Of a stretch of 64,000 bases of DNA, positions 47,301-56,444 are shown in pieces. The number at the start of each line of letters is the position of its first letter. Within the stretch, counting starts at the first letter, position 1. Origin of the DNA: an uncultured Bacilli bacterium (GTDB lineage: Bacteria > Bacillota_I > Bacilli_A > RF39 > UBA660); contig CANQRL010000007.1 of assembly GCA_947626275.1 (NCBI GenBank), positions 2,983-66,982 of the forward strand. The letters run 5' to 3'. The position numbers and the translations under genes are program-made. The notes below the pieces were generated by a model. That model searched no databases. It was not told the DNA's origin and saw nothing but the letters and a program-made list of their open reading frames with translations.

Positions 47301-49791
47301 GTAAATCGATAAAGAATAAGTTATCGATATCATCTCGACTATTGACAAGTAGATGAACAACAATGTCATCACTCGTATTTAACTCCTCTATTCGACTACT
47401 TAAATCGACACTCGTCTCTCCATCCGTTACTTCTGTCCACTCTGTTGTATCACTTACTTTGCCATGTTCAGCATCATATTCATAATTTAAAGTGTATTCA
47501 AAAGGAATTTTTTGTTCCGCTGCTTTATTTAAAAGTCGCAACTCATTTGCATATTCCCCATCAAAAGAGAAAGTAGCCGTATCATTATTTTCTTGCATTC
47601 CTAATAAGTATTTTGCAATCTCACGAATAACACTTGCTTGAAAATAATCACCATCTTTTACATTTTTGAGTTTATTTAAGGTATCGTTTACTAATTTTGC
47701 ATAAGCTGGACTGTTGTTGATAATTTTACTATCGATTAGTTTTAATAAATCATGCATCGCAAGAGGAAATTCTTGGAAGTTTTCAACAATTTGTCTAGCA
47801 AGTTGATAGTAATCATCATCTGTTTTCGAACTATCTTTTAAATAAGTTTGAATTAATTGATACCAAGAATCTAAATTATAAGATTGAGCTTGAATCGCTT
47901 GTTCATAGGTAGATATTTTCTCACCAAGCGAAACTCTCACATCTGCTAATAAGTTATAGAAGAAGGCTTTTTGATACTTATCCCACTCATCAACTGCTCT
48001 TTGTGCGAGTACTAAATAAGCACCATTATTGGAATCCGTCCAAGTACCGGTTTTTCTAGTACCCCAGTCAAGCATCATTCGCTCTCCCTTATAAGAAGCA
48101 GCCCAACCAGCAGCAGCATTACCAATTTGCCACTCTCTTCTTTTCTCCCCATTCCAAGTTGTCTCTTTGGAAACAAAGTAAGCCGCATGTCCTGGCTGAG
48201 AAACTAACGTAGATGGTCTACCATAAGCCATTTCAATATTAGAACCTGTTCCAGCAAGAGAACCACAAACGCCATCCTCTTCCCAAATCGTCCAAAGGCG
48301 AAGAGGAGAATTCTCCCGTGTCTCTAGATTAAAATGCTCTAATCCGTACTTCTCATTACAATTGACTCCTCTTTTATAACCTGAACTGTTCTTTTTATTT
48401 TGATTGTTTCCATAAGCACAGTAATCAGAATTTGCTTTATAGTAGTCTGGATCTTCATAATACCAACCAGAAGAATAGTAGATATAAGTATAGGGATTCG
48501 TATAGCCATCGGCATTATAAGAAGTTTTTCCAGCTTTTGTCATCTGAGTATACCAGTTTAACCAAGCTATCTCAATATCACTAATTCGATTATTGACAAC
48601 CCATCTCATCTCTTCTACTTCTAAAGACTTAAATAAATCTTTTTCAAAATAAGTAGATACTTGATCAAAGGTATAACCATTCGTTAATAATCTTTTGATA
48701 ATTTTATATCGTTCTTTTTCATTAGAAGGTGTACGAACAGGTACTACTGGAGGATTAGCCGTTTGCCAAAAGTTGACATCCACACTATAGGTAAGTGAGA
48801 TTGCCATCATCATCTTCTTATAAGTTTCTTTATTTTCTGGATCTTTTAAGTCATCTTTATAATCGTGGTAAAGCTCACTAAAAACCGTAAGGGCACGGAT
48901 ATAGTTTCCTCCCTCTGGAGTACCACCTAATAAATATTCTTCGAGTGTTTCTTCATCTTGAAATAGCCACTGCATAAATTCTAGATTTGCTTTGCTTTTG
49001 TTGACAAAAGCTTGAAGCATACTATAGTCTACTCGGTTGACGAACGTTCTTTGAAGTAATTTTAATTTTAATTCTTTATTTTTTAAAATGTCATCATTAC
49101 TATATTTTAATAATTGTTCATCATATTCAGCGACCGTTAAAATCCAATCGACATTTGGTGTCTCTTGAGGAGAATACGTAGAAGAATTATAAATCATCGG
49201 ATCTACCCAAACAGCATGGTCATAAGAATTTTCTCCATTTTTATCAGCATATAATTTAAGCCATTTATAATCTTCAATACTAGCGGTAAATTTTAAGGCA
49301 TTATTATTTCCTTTTACAGGAGAAGAAGTCCCTAATAAAACCCAATCGTTATCCTTAATGGAATCTAGGTTTTCTTCTTTTGAACCATAAATGGAAAATT
49401 TAACACCATTTCCGTTAGAACCTTTGCTAGAATCTACTCCTGCATAAGTGGTAAAGGTATCAAAGTCATATTTTCCAACATCATAAATGAGAGTAGAAGA
49501 AGCATGCGCAAAAATCGCATTCATAGAATACGTTTTTTTGCCATCTACTAAAATAGAAATCATCTCTCCTGAATCATTTTGATTAATCTTAACACTTCCA
49601 TAATCGACATGTGCCTTTGCATAGTCGATATCCGCAAGATATACATAATCTTTTTTCTCCTCTTCCTCAAGAGAGGTTTCCGCTGAAACCACTAATAAAG
49701 GAATTGGAAAGCTAGAAAAGAGTAAAGCCACACTTAAAAGACTCAACGTTAATTTATAAGTAATTTTTTTTAAAACTCTTACCCACTTCAT
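44326..49791 (-). CDS. Giant surface protein: NPCBM-like carbohydrate-binding module, discoidin (F5/8 type C) domain, DUF5011 Ig-like repeats, S/N/T-rich stalk, C-terminal TM anchor
   Basis: 1821 aa; signal peptide; 'VDYGSVKINQNDSGE…AIFAHASSTLIYDVGKYDFDTFTTYAGVDSS…GVKFSIYG' NPCBM-like; 'LLDGNFYSFWHSK…KYVRLTSL' discoidin-like; two DUF5011-type units; 'NSNTNTNSNTNENTNSN' stalk; terminal 'GLYVLGIGVLGVGIITLIVLLKNRLQLNKKK' with no LPXTG. Confidence 0.8.
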   Translation of the reverse strand: MKWVRVLKKITYKLTLSLLSVALLFSSFPIPLLVVSAETSLEEEEKKDYVYLADIDYAKAHVDYGSVKINQNDSGEMISILVDGKKTYSMNAIFAHASSTLIYDVGKYDFDTFTTYAGVDSSKGSNGNGVKFSIYGSKEENLDSIKDNDWVLLGTSSPVKGNNNALKFTASIEDYKWLKLYADKNGENSYDHAVWVDPMIYNSSTYSPQETPNVDWILTVAEYDEQLLKYSNDDILKNKELKLKLLQRTFVNRVDYSMLQAFVNKSKANLEFMQWLFQDEETLEEYLLGGTPEGGNYIRALTVFSELYHDYKDDLKDPENKETYKKMMMAISLTYSVDVNFWQTANPPVVPVRTPSNEKERYKIIKRLLTNGYTFDQVSTYFEKDLFKSLEVEEMRWVVNNRISDIEIAWLNWYTQMTKAGKTSYNADGYTNPYTYIYYSSGWYYEDPDYYKANSDYCAYGNNQNKKNSSGYKRGVNCNEKYGLEHFNLETRENSPLRLWTIWEEDGVCGSLAGTGSNIEMAYGRPSTLVSQPGHAAYFVSKETTWNGEKRREWQIGNAAAGWAASYKGERMMLDWGTRKTGTWTDSNNGAYLVLAQRAVDEWDKYQKAFFYNLLADVRVSLGEKISTYEQAIQAQSYNLDSWYQLIQTYLKDSSKTDDDYYQLARQIVENFQEFPLAMHDLLKLIDSKIINNSPAYAKLVNDTLNKLKNVKDGDYFQASVIREIAKYLLGMQENNDTATFSFDGEYANELRLLNKAAEQKIPFEYTLNYEYDAEHGKVSDTTEWTEVTDGETSVDLSSRIEELNTSDDIVVHLLVNSRDDIDNLFFIDLQDGISPKKIYANSLENKVAGVTDSMEWYVLKDFDEFYDAFMNPNGLKWQKFKDSEPPVSDTEQTMILVRDGYTENRFPSDFVFLTFEPDENNKEAVYVPNSRLTVETSSDASDEETKENLLDGNFYSFWHSKKNTSEQAWVTIMVNKTIQLSKLEYVPRQDFNESGRITKVKIETSMDGKKWETLVSELTWKNDDSIKTYVLETPIRTKYVRLTSLDSVNHSTSAAMIRLYENTLTTTKSVHDLSISYIKDGYVYNGEEHRPLLTVQDDGIDLIEDNNYSVEYQNNTNAGVATIEVTGLGIYDGTVSKEFTISKADIPTNAPSSEMTVDVSKKTLADISLPEGWSWKEPNQELLSGDTIVAVAVHEDKNNYEQTEVEVTIIKEKGSHPVITVQGDKTALEYEFTGDEVVSLEDIKKLITITDEEDGPIDINDSKKVTFSSNIEWNVEGTYHIYITVVDSDGNQVDWSLPVLLVDREKDPVLFNENDFEVLVDDTNLYYTGESLTIPVHVIDKQHDNHELTVDLDYELSLEETVSAGTYRVTVTGKGIYEGTLTHSYTIHKAQVPKELVTPEMHVSYDTLTLEQIPLPEGWQWKDSREPLALGNNAAQIIYLGDANHERYEMEILVIRDAKEEESKGEYPVISIEKKDFYFDIKDPEVDLDYFKNLLTISDKEDGSISVDSDAVELQSDLKWEVGTWTITVKVTDKNGNVSQIHLHITITDETVPQTDINTLTINIEAGEYIYTGKEFRPRVTIYDGETLLEEDKDYTVIYQDNIEAGTATITIAGKGIYTGFKMSSFTIEKAGPESLPSANIEVSESTKTAKEVPLPEGWHWEDETVTLKEGENKLTAVYDGDNNHVSMDVIVTVKKKDVLKPNASSSKNKNTNKNKASSSSSKPSNSSVNNPSNIDSNANSNTNTNSNTNENTNSNVSSNTNTNTNSNQLSSNQQKTDEEKIEKEPGNIGLYVLGIGVLGVGIITLIVLLKNRLQLNKKK
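44440..44700. repeat. Short tandem repeats (ATTCGTATT-type) encoding the Ser/Asn/Thr-rich stalk
   Basis: Visible reiteration 'attactattcgtattttcatttgtattactattcgtattggtatttga…'. Confidence 0.5.
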
Positions 49792-49851
49792 ACTACAACA
49801 CCTCTATCCATATTATAAGAAAAAAGTTTTTTTATTCAATTGCAATTGCCA

Positions 49852-50802
49852 TTATCTTGTCACATTTTCTTTCCGCTCTACATATTTTGACGTATCAAAT
49901 GCCAAAATCGGGATAAAAATTTGTGGTAAAACAACAAGTAAAATACAACCTATATCATCTCGGTTAAACACTTTTCCTAATTGGTAGCAGGAAACAAGGA
50001 AGAAGACAATGTTGACAATCGGAACGAGATACAAAAGTCCATACCATTTCTTACCATATAATTTTTCTCCTAAAACGAGAACATTGTAAATAGGAACAAA
50101 AATAATCCAGCCACTTTTCCCAAATTTTACCATAATTTTAAAGAAGCATAGAATTCCTAACAAAAGAAGCATCAAAATAGCAACATAGCTAAGACGCCAC
50201 CAAGACGCATTTCCATGAGGAATAAGACCTAAATCATCAGCTACTTGTTCCGCTAAATCCTGATGACTAAAAGATTCTACCGAAAGAATCATATCATCTA
50301 CCATGATAATAGATTGATACTTTTTACCACGAATCGTATAGCTTTGATAAGAAGGAAAATTAATCTCACTATACTGTTGATAACTAGATTCTTCCTTGAT
50401 AGATGATTTCTTATCCCGATAAAAATCTACACGAGTATCTGCATTCAAAAAAGTAAGATATTCGATTTGAACAGGACAAGACTCATCCGTGTATTGATGG
50501 AAAGAGACCCCTTCTAAAGAGTCTTCCATCTCTCTTGTCTCACACCCCATGTTATGAACATAACGGGTAAACTCTTCTGGAGTAGCCGCCTCTATTTTCG
50601 AAATAGCAATCGGATAACTGATAGAAAAAGCTCCCATACCAATAACTAGCAATAACAAAAGAACTACTGCATAAGAGATTAAAAAGATTTTAGAACTCTT
50701 TTTAAGTTTTGGTTTTTCTTCTAGTCTATTCCCACAATAAGGACAAAATACACCAACGACATCTATCGTTCTTCCACATTTATTACAAATATTATTAATC
50801 AT
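49852..50802 (-). CDS. Zinc-ribbon membrane protein
   Basis: 316 aa; N-terminal 'CNKCGRTIDVVGVFCPYCG', TM, extracytoplasmic domain, C-terminal multi-TM region. Confidence 0.5.
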   Translation of the reverse strand: MINNICNKCGRTIDVVGVFCPYCGNRLEEKPKLKKSSKIFLISYAVVLLLLLVIGMGAFSISYPIAISKIEAATPEEFTRYVHNMGCETREMEDSLEGVSFHQYTDESCPVQIEYLTFLNADTRVDFYRDKKSSIKEESSYQQYSEINFPSYQSYTIRGKKYQSIIMVDDMILSVESFSHQDLAEQVADDLGLIPHGNASWWRLSYVAILMLLLLGILCFFKIMVKFGKSGWIIFVPIYNVLVLGEKLYGKKWYGLLYLVPIVNIVFFLVSCYQLGKVFNRDDIGCILLVVLPQIFIPILAFDTSKYVERKENVTR

Positions 50803-50862
50803 TTTCTTCTTCCTTCCTTATTCTTGAACTTATTATACCATAAATATCTTAAACATTATCAC

Positions 50863-51933
50863 TTATCTTGTATATCTAGATATATTTAAGACGACTCCCA
50901 TACTGCAGAGAGTAATAAGTAAACTAGAGCCACCATAAGAAAGAAAAGGAAGCGTTACGCCCGTAACGGGAATAAGACCTACCACGACCATTAAATTCAT
51001 GACTGTTTGAAAAGCGAGACAAAACATGATTCCAAAACAGAGATACTTGCCAAAGGCATCTTCCATCTTAAAAGCAATACGGAATCCCGTAATAATAATG
51101 GTCAAGAATAAAGTCGCTACTACGAGAATGCCGACAAATCCAAATTCTTCACTGATAATGGAAAAGATAAAGTCAGTTTGAGGTTCTGGTAAATAGAAAT
51201 GTTTTTGAATGGAATTTCCAAATCCCATGCCAAATAATCCTCCTGGTCCAATCGCATAGAGAGACTGAATAATTTGAAATCCACTTCCTAATGGATCACT
51301 CCATGGATTCAAAAAAGAAAGAATTCGCGCCAACCGATAAGGAGCTACTAGAATGAGTCCCACTACCCCTACTACTCCTACCAACCCGAGCTTTACTAAA
51401 AAAGAAATATTCATACCCGCTACAAAGACGATACCTAAAATAGACATAACTAAAATCGTCCCCGTTCCAAAATCAGGTTGTAACATGATGAGTCCAAAAA
51501 TAAAAAGCGTAAAAAGAAGAATTGGTAAAAACTTCTTATGGTTAGTCAAGTATTTCGAAGTAAAGATGATAAGCCCTAGTTTGGTAAATTCACTCGGTTG
51601 AATACCAAAAGAACCAATTCCAAACCAACTTCTACTGCCATTTCGAACACTTCCTATGCCAGGAATTAAGACAAGAATTAATAAAATGACACAGGAAAAA
51701 ATGATGAGATTGGCTTTGTCATAATAATATCGATAAGGAATCTTACTAATGATATACATGAAAAAAGTTCCCATAAGAAAGAAGATTCCTTGATTCTTGA
51801 CATACCGTAAAGAATCTTGATACTTATACTCCGCCCAAATAGAGGAAGCAGAATAGATCATCAAAAGACCAAATAACGCTAAAAGAAGAACACTGATAAC
51901 TAATAGCCATTCGACATTTCTTTTCATATCCAT
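50863..51933 (-). CDS. ftsW: SEDS-family peptidoglycan glycosyltransferase FtsW/SpoVE/RodA
   Basis: ~10 TM helices; conserved 'DFIFSIISEEFGFVG' and 'LPFLSYGGSSL' boxes; directly downstream of mraY, as spoVE is in Bacillus. Confidence 0.8.
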   Translation of the reverse strand: MDMKRNVEWLLVISVLLLALFGLLMIYSASSIWAEYKYQDSLRYVKNQGIFFLMGTFFMYIISKIPYRYYYDKANLIIFSCVILLILVLIPGIGSVRNGSRSWFGIGSFGIQPSEFTKLGLIIFTSKYLTNHKKFLPILLFTLFIFGLIMLQPDFGTGTILVMSILGIVFVAGMNISFLVKLGLVGVVGVVGLILVAPYRLARILSFLNPWSDPLGSGFQIIQSLYAIGPGGLFGMGFGNSIQKHFYLPEPQTDFIFSIISEEFGFVGILVVATLFLTIIITGFRIAFKMEDAFGKYLCFGIMFCLAFQTVMNLMVVVGLIPVTGVTLPFLSYGGSSLLITLCSMGVVLNISRYTR

Positions 51934-52913
51934 ACCCCAAACAATAAAGAGATAAGGCTCGCAAGAAGACCTACTACCCAAAAGATTTTCACCACTTCCC
52001 TCTCTGGCATATATCTTTCAAAGGTATGATGAATCGGGGTAATAGGAAAAATTCTTTTCTTTGTCAATTTATAGTAAAAACGCTGAATCACGCAGGTGAG
52101 TGTCTCGATAACAAAGACTACTCCAATCACGAGTAGTAGTACTTCATGTCTCGTTAGAATGGCAATCATTCCTAAAAGAGCGCCAAGAGCAAGAGAACCT
52201 GTATCTCCCATAAAAATCTTAGCCGGATTGACATTAAAAAATAAGAAACCGATTAAGGATCCTACTAACGTAAAAAGAAAAATAGCGATTTCCTGATATC
52301 CCTCTAACCATCCTGTCATCATCGTAATAATGCCGAGGGTAAAAAAAGCAATAGCCGATAATCCTCCTGCTAGACCATCTAGTCCATCGGTAATGTTCAC
52401 CGCATTACTACTACTGATGAGAACGAGTAAAATAAATAATCCATAATACCAGCCAATATTCCATTTAAATCCGAGGGTATGAATCCAAAGAAGCGGTTCA
52501 TTTCCTGCCTTCATAAAGTAGTAAAAAAGGAAGATTGCTAACAGGATTTGCAAGAGAAGTTTCATCATCTCGGATAATCCTTTATTATTTTTTCGATAGA
52601 TGATTAAATAGTCATCAACAAGACCAATGATGGCATATCCAACAAAAGCAAATATAGCAATAAAAAGATTATAGGACATCTCTATTTTTTGAAAGAAGAC
52701 TAAAAAAAGAAGATAGCTTACGGTAGGAAGGATAAAGATTAATCCTCCCATAGTGGGAACGTTTTCCTTACTGTGATGTTTTTCTTCTAGATAAATACTA
52801 AGTCTTTGATGAAACTTTTTTTCTTGCAAAATAGGTAGTAAAAAAAAGCCTGTTAATAGCGATAAGATTAGTCCCACCATCGTAGAGAGTATACATTTCA
52901 TCATAAGAAGCAT
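51924..52913 (-). CDS. mraY: Phospho-N-acetylmuramoyl-pentapeptide transferase
   Basis: Start at 'MLLMMKCILST'; 'VPTMGGLIF', 'NAVNITDGLDGLA', 'IFMGDTGSLALG' MraY signature boxes. Confidence 0.85.
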   Translation of the reverse strand: MLLMMKCILSTMVGLILSLLTGFFLLPILQEKKFHQRLSIYLEEKHHSKENVPTMGGLIFILPTVSYLLFLVFFQKIEMSYNLFIAIFAFVGYAIIGLVDDYLIIYRKNNKGLSEMMKLLLQILLAIFLFYYFMKAGNEPLLWIHTLGFKWNIGWYYGLFILLVLISSSNAVNITDGLDGLAGGLSAIAFFTLGIITMMTGWLEGYQEIAIFLFTLVGSLIGFLFFNVNPAKIFMGDTGSLALGALLGMIAILTRHEVLLLVIGVVFVIETLTCVIQRFYYKLTKKRIFPITPIHHTFERYMPEREVVKIFWVVGLLASLISLLFGVWI

Positions 52914-52968
52914 ATCATCACCCAATAAAGTATATTCGAAAAGAATGGGAAAAGCACTAAAAAAAGAG

Positions 52969-53382
52969 CTATTCGCTCTTCTTTCGTCTGCTCTTATGAG
53001 TTTTTTCTTCTTCCACAATCTCTGATGACACTACTTCAACAGGGCTCTCTTCTACTTGAATGGATTCAATCTCGACTGGTTCTTCATCTAAGATAGTCTC
53101 TTTTGGAGTACTTACCACTACGTAATGCGTATTTTGAAATACCATCACAATGAGTAGTCCAACAATGAAAATAGTAAGTAGAATGTAGTCAAAGAAATCT
53201 CTAGCCGTATCTTTTTCAAACATGCGGTAATAGAACTCTTCAAAAAGATTCATTTTTTCTACCGTTTCTGTTTCAACGGTATTCGCTAAAACAGGAACGG
53301 AAACCTCTACTGCCTGAACCCTTCGAACACTAAAGTTCATACACAAAAAAGATATCATCAATACATAAATTATTTTCTTCAT
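52969..53382 (-). CDS. Small membrane/secreted hypothetical protein
   Basis: Start at 'MKKIIYVLMISFLCMNFSV' (RBS AGGGAGTG) signal-like; central TM; acidic C-terminus. Confidence 0.45.
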   Translation of the reverse strand: MKKIIYVLMISFLCMNFSVRRVQAVEVSVPVLANTVETETVEKMNLFEEFYYRMFEKDTARDFFDYILLTIFIVGLLIVMVFQNTHYVVVSTPKETILDEEPVEIESIQVEESPVEVVSSEIVEEEKTHKSRRKKSE

Positions 53383-53466
53383 AACCAATACACTCCCTAA
53401 TACCCTGTATACATTATACCGAAATTGTTTCACGAATTTCAAGTGTTTTTGCTATATTTATAAGAA

Positions 53467-54468
53467 TTATTCTGTTTCTTTATCATATTCATCAAAAACA
53501 TTTCCGATAACTTCCTCAATAATGTCCTCTAAAGTGACAATGCCAATCCATTTCCCATCTTTCATTACTTTCGCTAAAGAGGCATATTTGCGATTTAATA
53601 ATAAGAAAGCATCATCAATAATCATATCCGCTGGAACAGATTCTATTTTCCGGATATATCTTCTTAAAGAGAATTCTTTTTGTTTTAGAAGAACGAGATC
53701 TTTTATGTTTAAAACACCGACTACTTCCTCTTGATCGAGAACCGGAAAACGAGTAAATTTGGAGGTTCGAATAATTTCTAGAATTTGCTCCTTCGTAGCG
53801 TCAATGGGAAGATAGACAACCGACTCTTTTTTAGTCATCGCTTTCTCCACCGTCGTATCATTGAATTCAAAGACTCGTAAAAGCATCTTCTTTTCCAAAT
53901 CCTCTAAATCGGCAGAGACAATCGAATTTTTGACATCTTCCTCATCCTCTTTTTCCTTTTTCCCAACATGGAGAAGTTTTAAAACAAACTGCGTAGAACA
54001 ATCTAAGATAAAGATAAAGGGTTTAAAAAATAAAATGACGAAATAAATACTATTGACCATTAGAAAGGCTATTTTTTTCGAATGGCGAAGGCCTAATTCT
54101 TTCGGCACTAATTCGCCAAAGACTAAGGTAAAATAAGAAAGAACAACCGTAATGATAACAATTAAAATACTAGTCAAAGCCTCTAGTGAAATCCACTTCC
54201 AAGCAAGCATTTCGGCAATTTCACTCGCAAAATTTTCGGCGGCAAAAGCACTCGCTAAAAAGCCTGAAAGTGTAATAACTATCTGAATAGCCGATAAAAA
54301 GGTACTGGAATGTTCCAAAAGATGAACAATTCTTTTGGCTTTTTTATTACCCTTCTTCAATTCTTTATGAAGTTCATATTTATTCAAAGATAAAAAGGCC
54401 ATCTCGGTTGCTGAAAAAATTCCGTTTAAAAATATTAAGACAATTAATAGAACGATTTTGATAATCAT
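53467..54468 (-). CDS. DUF21 (CNNM-type) transmembrane domain + CBS pair protein (TlyC/CorC-like)
   Basis: N-terminal 'LNGIFSATEMAFLSLNKYEL' DUF21 start, 4 TM, CBS pair region; 333 aa (no CorC C-terminal domain). Confidence 0.6.
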   Translation of the reverse strand: MIIKIVLLIVLIFLNGIFSATEMAFLSLNKYELHKELKKGNKKAKRIVHLLEHSSTFLSAIQIVITLSGFLASAFAAENFASEIAEMLAWKWISLEALTSILIVIITVVLSYFTLVFGELVPKELGLRHSKKIAFLMVNSIYFVILFFKPFIFILDCSTQFVLKLLHVGKKEKEDEEDVKNSIVSADLEDLEKKMLLRVFEFNDTTVEKAMTKKESVVYLPIDATKEQILEIIRTSKFTRFPVLDQEEVVGVLNIKDLVLLKQKEFSLRRYIRKIESVPADMIIDDAFLLLNRKYASLAKVMKDGKWIGIVTLEDIIEEVIGNVFDEYDKETE

Positions 54469-54527
54469 AAGTTCTCCTACTTTCTAGAACCATTATATCA
54501 TAAAAGAGAGGTCCTAAAAAGAAGCTT

Positions 54528-55592
54528 TTATTCCTGTAAATAAAGACGAATCGTTTCTCCATCCGCGATTTTGGTACCCGCTTTTGGGGACTGATAAGAA
54601 ACATTCCCTTTTCCCTCATATTCTACTTTAAAGTTTTTAAGTGCTTTCATCGCTTCTTTTAACGTCATCCCCGTTGTATCGGGAACCGCACTATAAGTCT
54701 TATCTAGATAGACAAACTCTTTTTCTATCTCTCCTTCTTGTTGTTTTATTTTTAAAATAGGAATGGCGGATTGTAGGAAGTTACGAGCGATAGGAGCCGC
54801 AACGGTTCCTCCATATTGACTTACTCCTTTCGCATTATCTACTGCTACATAGACAACAATTTTAGGATCATTCGCAGGCATAAAACCGATAAAAGAAGTA
54901 ATGTAGTTTCCTTGTAAATAACTACCATTGACTGCTTTTTGAGCAGTACCCGTCTTTCCCCCTACTCGATAACCGGCTAAATAAGCGTTATGCCCGGTTC
55001 CTCTTGCGACAACACTTTCTAAAGCATATCTTACTTTCTCACTCGTATCCTCACTAATCACTTTTCGAACAATCGTCTCTTCATGAGCTTCAATGACTTG
55101 ATTGGTCTCTGGGTCATTTAAACTTTGGACGATATAAGGCTTATATAGAATACCTCCATTGATAGCCGCACTGACAGCAGTTACTTGCTGAATGGCTGTA
55201 ACAGATACTCCTTGCCCAAAAGCCGTCGTAGCGGTTTCCAAATCACCAATCGCATCGACATCAAAAAGAATTCCACTCGACTCTCCCGATAATTCAATTC
55301 CAGTCTTTTTTCCAAAACCAAATTTATCGATATAGGAAAATAATTTTTCTTTTCCTAACCGTAAACCAAGATTAACAAACCCCGTATTACAAGAATTTTC
55401 AACGACTTCCAAATAGGTTTCAAAGCCATGTCCCCCATGTTTCCAACAGTGGATTTTCGCCCCTTCCACAGTAATAACACCAGTATCCGTATGGGTATCA
55501 TTTTCTAAATCTACGACTTTCTCTTCTAAAGAAGCTGCTAATGTAATAATCTTGAACGTACCTACCATTTTGGCACATAAAAGGATAAGCAC
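54528..55592 (-). CDS. spoVD: C-terminal half of a split class B PBP (SpoVD/FtsI-like): transpeptidase SxN/KTG boxes + PASTA-like end
   Basis: Begins '…GTFKIITLAASLEEKVV' (the sequence expected immediately after the S*xxK box), contains 'SCNTGF' (SxN) and 'GGKTGTAQ' (KTG); ends with a PASTA-like 'GKGNVSYQSPKAGTKIADGETIRLYL'. Confidence 0.7.
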   Translation of the reverse strand: MLILLCAKMVGTFKIITLAASLEEKVVDLENDTHTDTGVITVEGAKIHCWKHGGHGFETYLEVVENSCNTGFVNLGLRLGKEKLFSYIDKFGFGKKTGIELSGESSGILFDVDAIGDLETATTAFGQGVSVTAIQQVTAVSAAINGGILYKPYIVQSLNDPETNQVIEAHEETIVRKVISEDTSEKVRYALESVVARGTGHNAYLAGYRVGGKTGTAQKAVNGSYLQGNYITSFIGFMPANDPKIVVYVAVDNAKGVSQYGGTVAAPIARNFLQSAIPILKIKQQEGEIEKEFVYLDKTYSAVPDTTGMTLKEAMKALKNFKVEYEGKGNVSYQSPKAGTKIADGETIRLYLQE

Positions 55593-55595
55593 TAT

Positions 55596-56384
55596 CTACT
55601 TATCCTCTAATTCAAAATCCAACATTTCCTTTGCAACACTTTCATATAAATCTTGCTCATGTTTAATAGTATCTATTAAGAACATTTTATCTTCCTTATA
55701 ATTCTTTAATCCTCTCATATAATATGGTTTATCATCATCAAGAACAATAAATGGCATTATATTGTTCTTTAAACATTCCTTAAACATGATTATTCTTCCT
55801 ATCCGACCGTTGCCATCTCCAAATGGATGAATGCATTCAAATCGAAAATGGAAATCAATAATATCTTCTAACGTAATTTTATTTAAATCCTGATACCACT
55901 TAAGCAATTCATCTAAATCATTTTCTACATCCTCTGGAGCAGATGTATTTATAACATTGATAAGTCCAATTTTATTAGGTACAATCTTGAAACCACCAAC
56001 ATTATATCTTGGATTTTCTTCATCAGTTGTATTTCTTTTTAAAATCTTATTCATTTCAATCATCATATCTTTTGATAACGGCTCATCTATCGTATCAAGA
56101 CAATAATCAAATAGTCTAAAATGATTTTTCATTTCCGTTAAATCATCAAACTTAATTGCATCATCACTTTTAGGAATGAATGAATTTGTTTCAAATATCT
56201 CTTCTGTTTCATCTTCTGTTAATTTTCCACCCTCAATCTTGTTTGAGTTATAAGCAAAATTAACTTGCGAATAGTGGTAGATATTTCCTTTAAACTTTGA
56301 TTTTCTTTGTTCGATTAGTTCTAATTTTAACTTATTAAAATCCACATAATCATCTCCATTCAACATTTCAAGTTTCAAGTACAT
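55596..56384 (-). CDS. Fic-family protein (AMPylase-type fold)
   Basis: 262 aa; Fic motif 'HPFGDGNGRIGR'. Confidence 0.7.
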   Translation of the reverse strand: MYLKLEMLNGDDYVDFNKLKLELIEQRKSKFKGNIYHYSQVNFAYNSNKIEGGKLTEDETEEIFETNSFIPKSDDAIKFDDLTEMKNHFRLFDYCLDTIDEPLSKDMMIEMNKILKRNTTDEENPRYNVGGFKIVPNKIGLINVINTSAPEDVENDLDELLKWYQDLNKITLEDIIDFHFRFECIHPFGDGNGRIGRIIMFKECLKNNIMPFIVLDDDKPYYMRGLKNYKEDKMFLIDTIKHEQDLYESVAKEMLDFELEDK

Positions 56385-56444
56385 ATTTATTTTACCATAA
56401 AAGCATAGAAAATTATAAGTAAACTAGCATGTATTTCTTATAAA

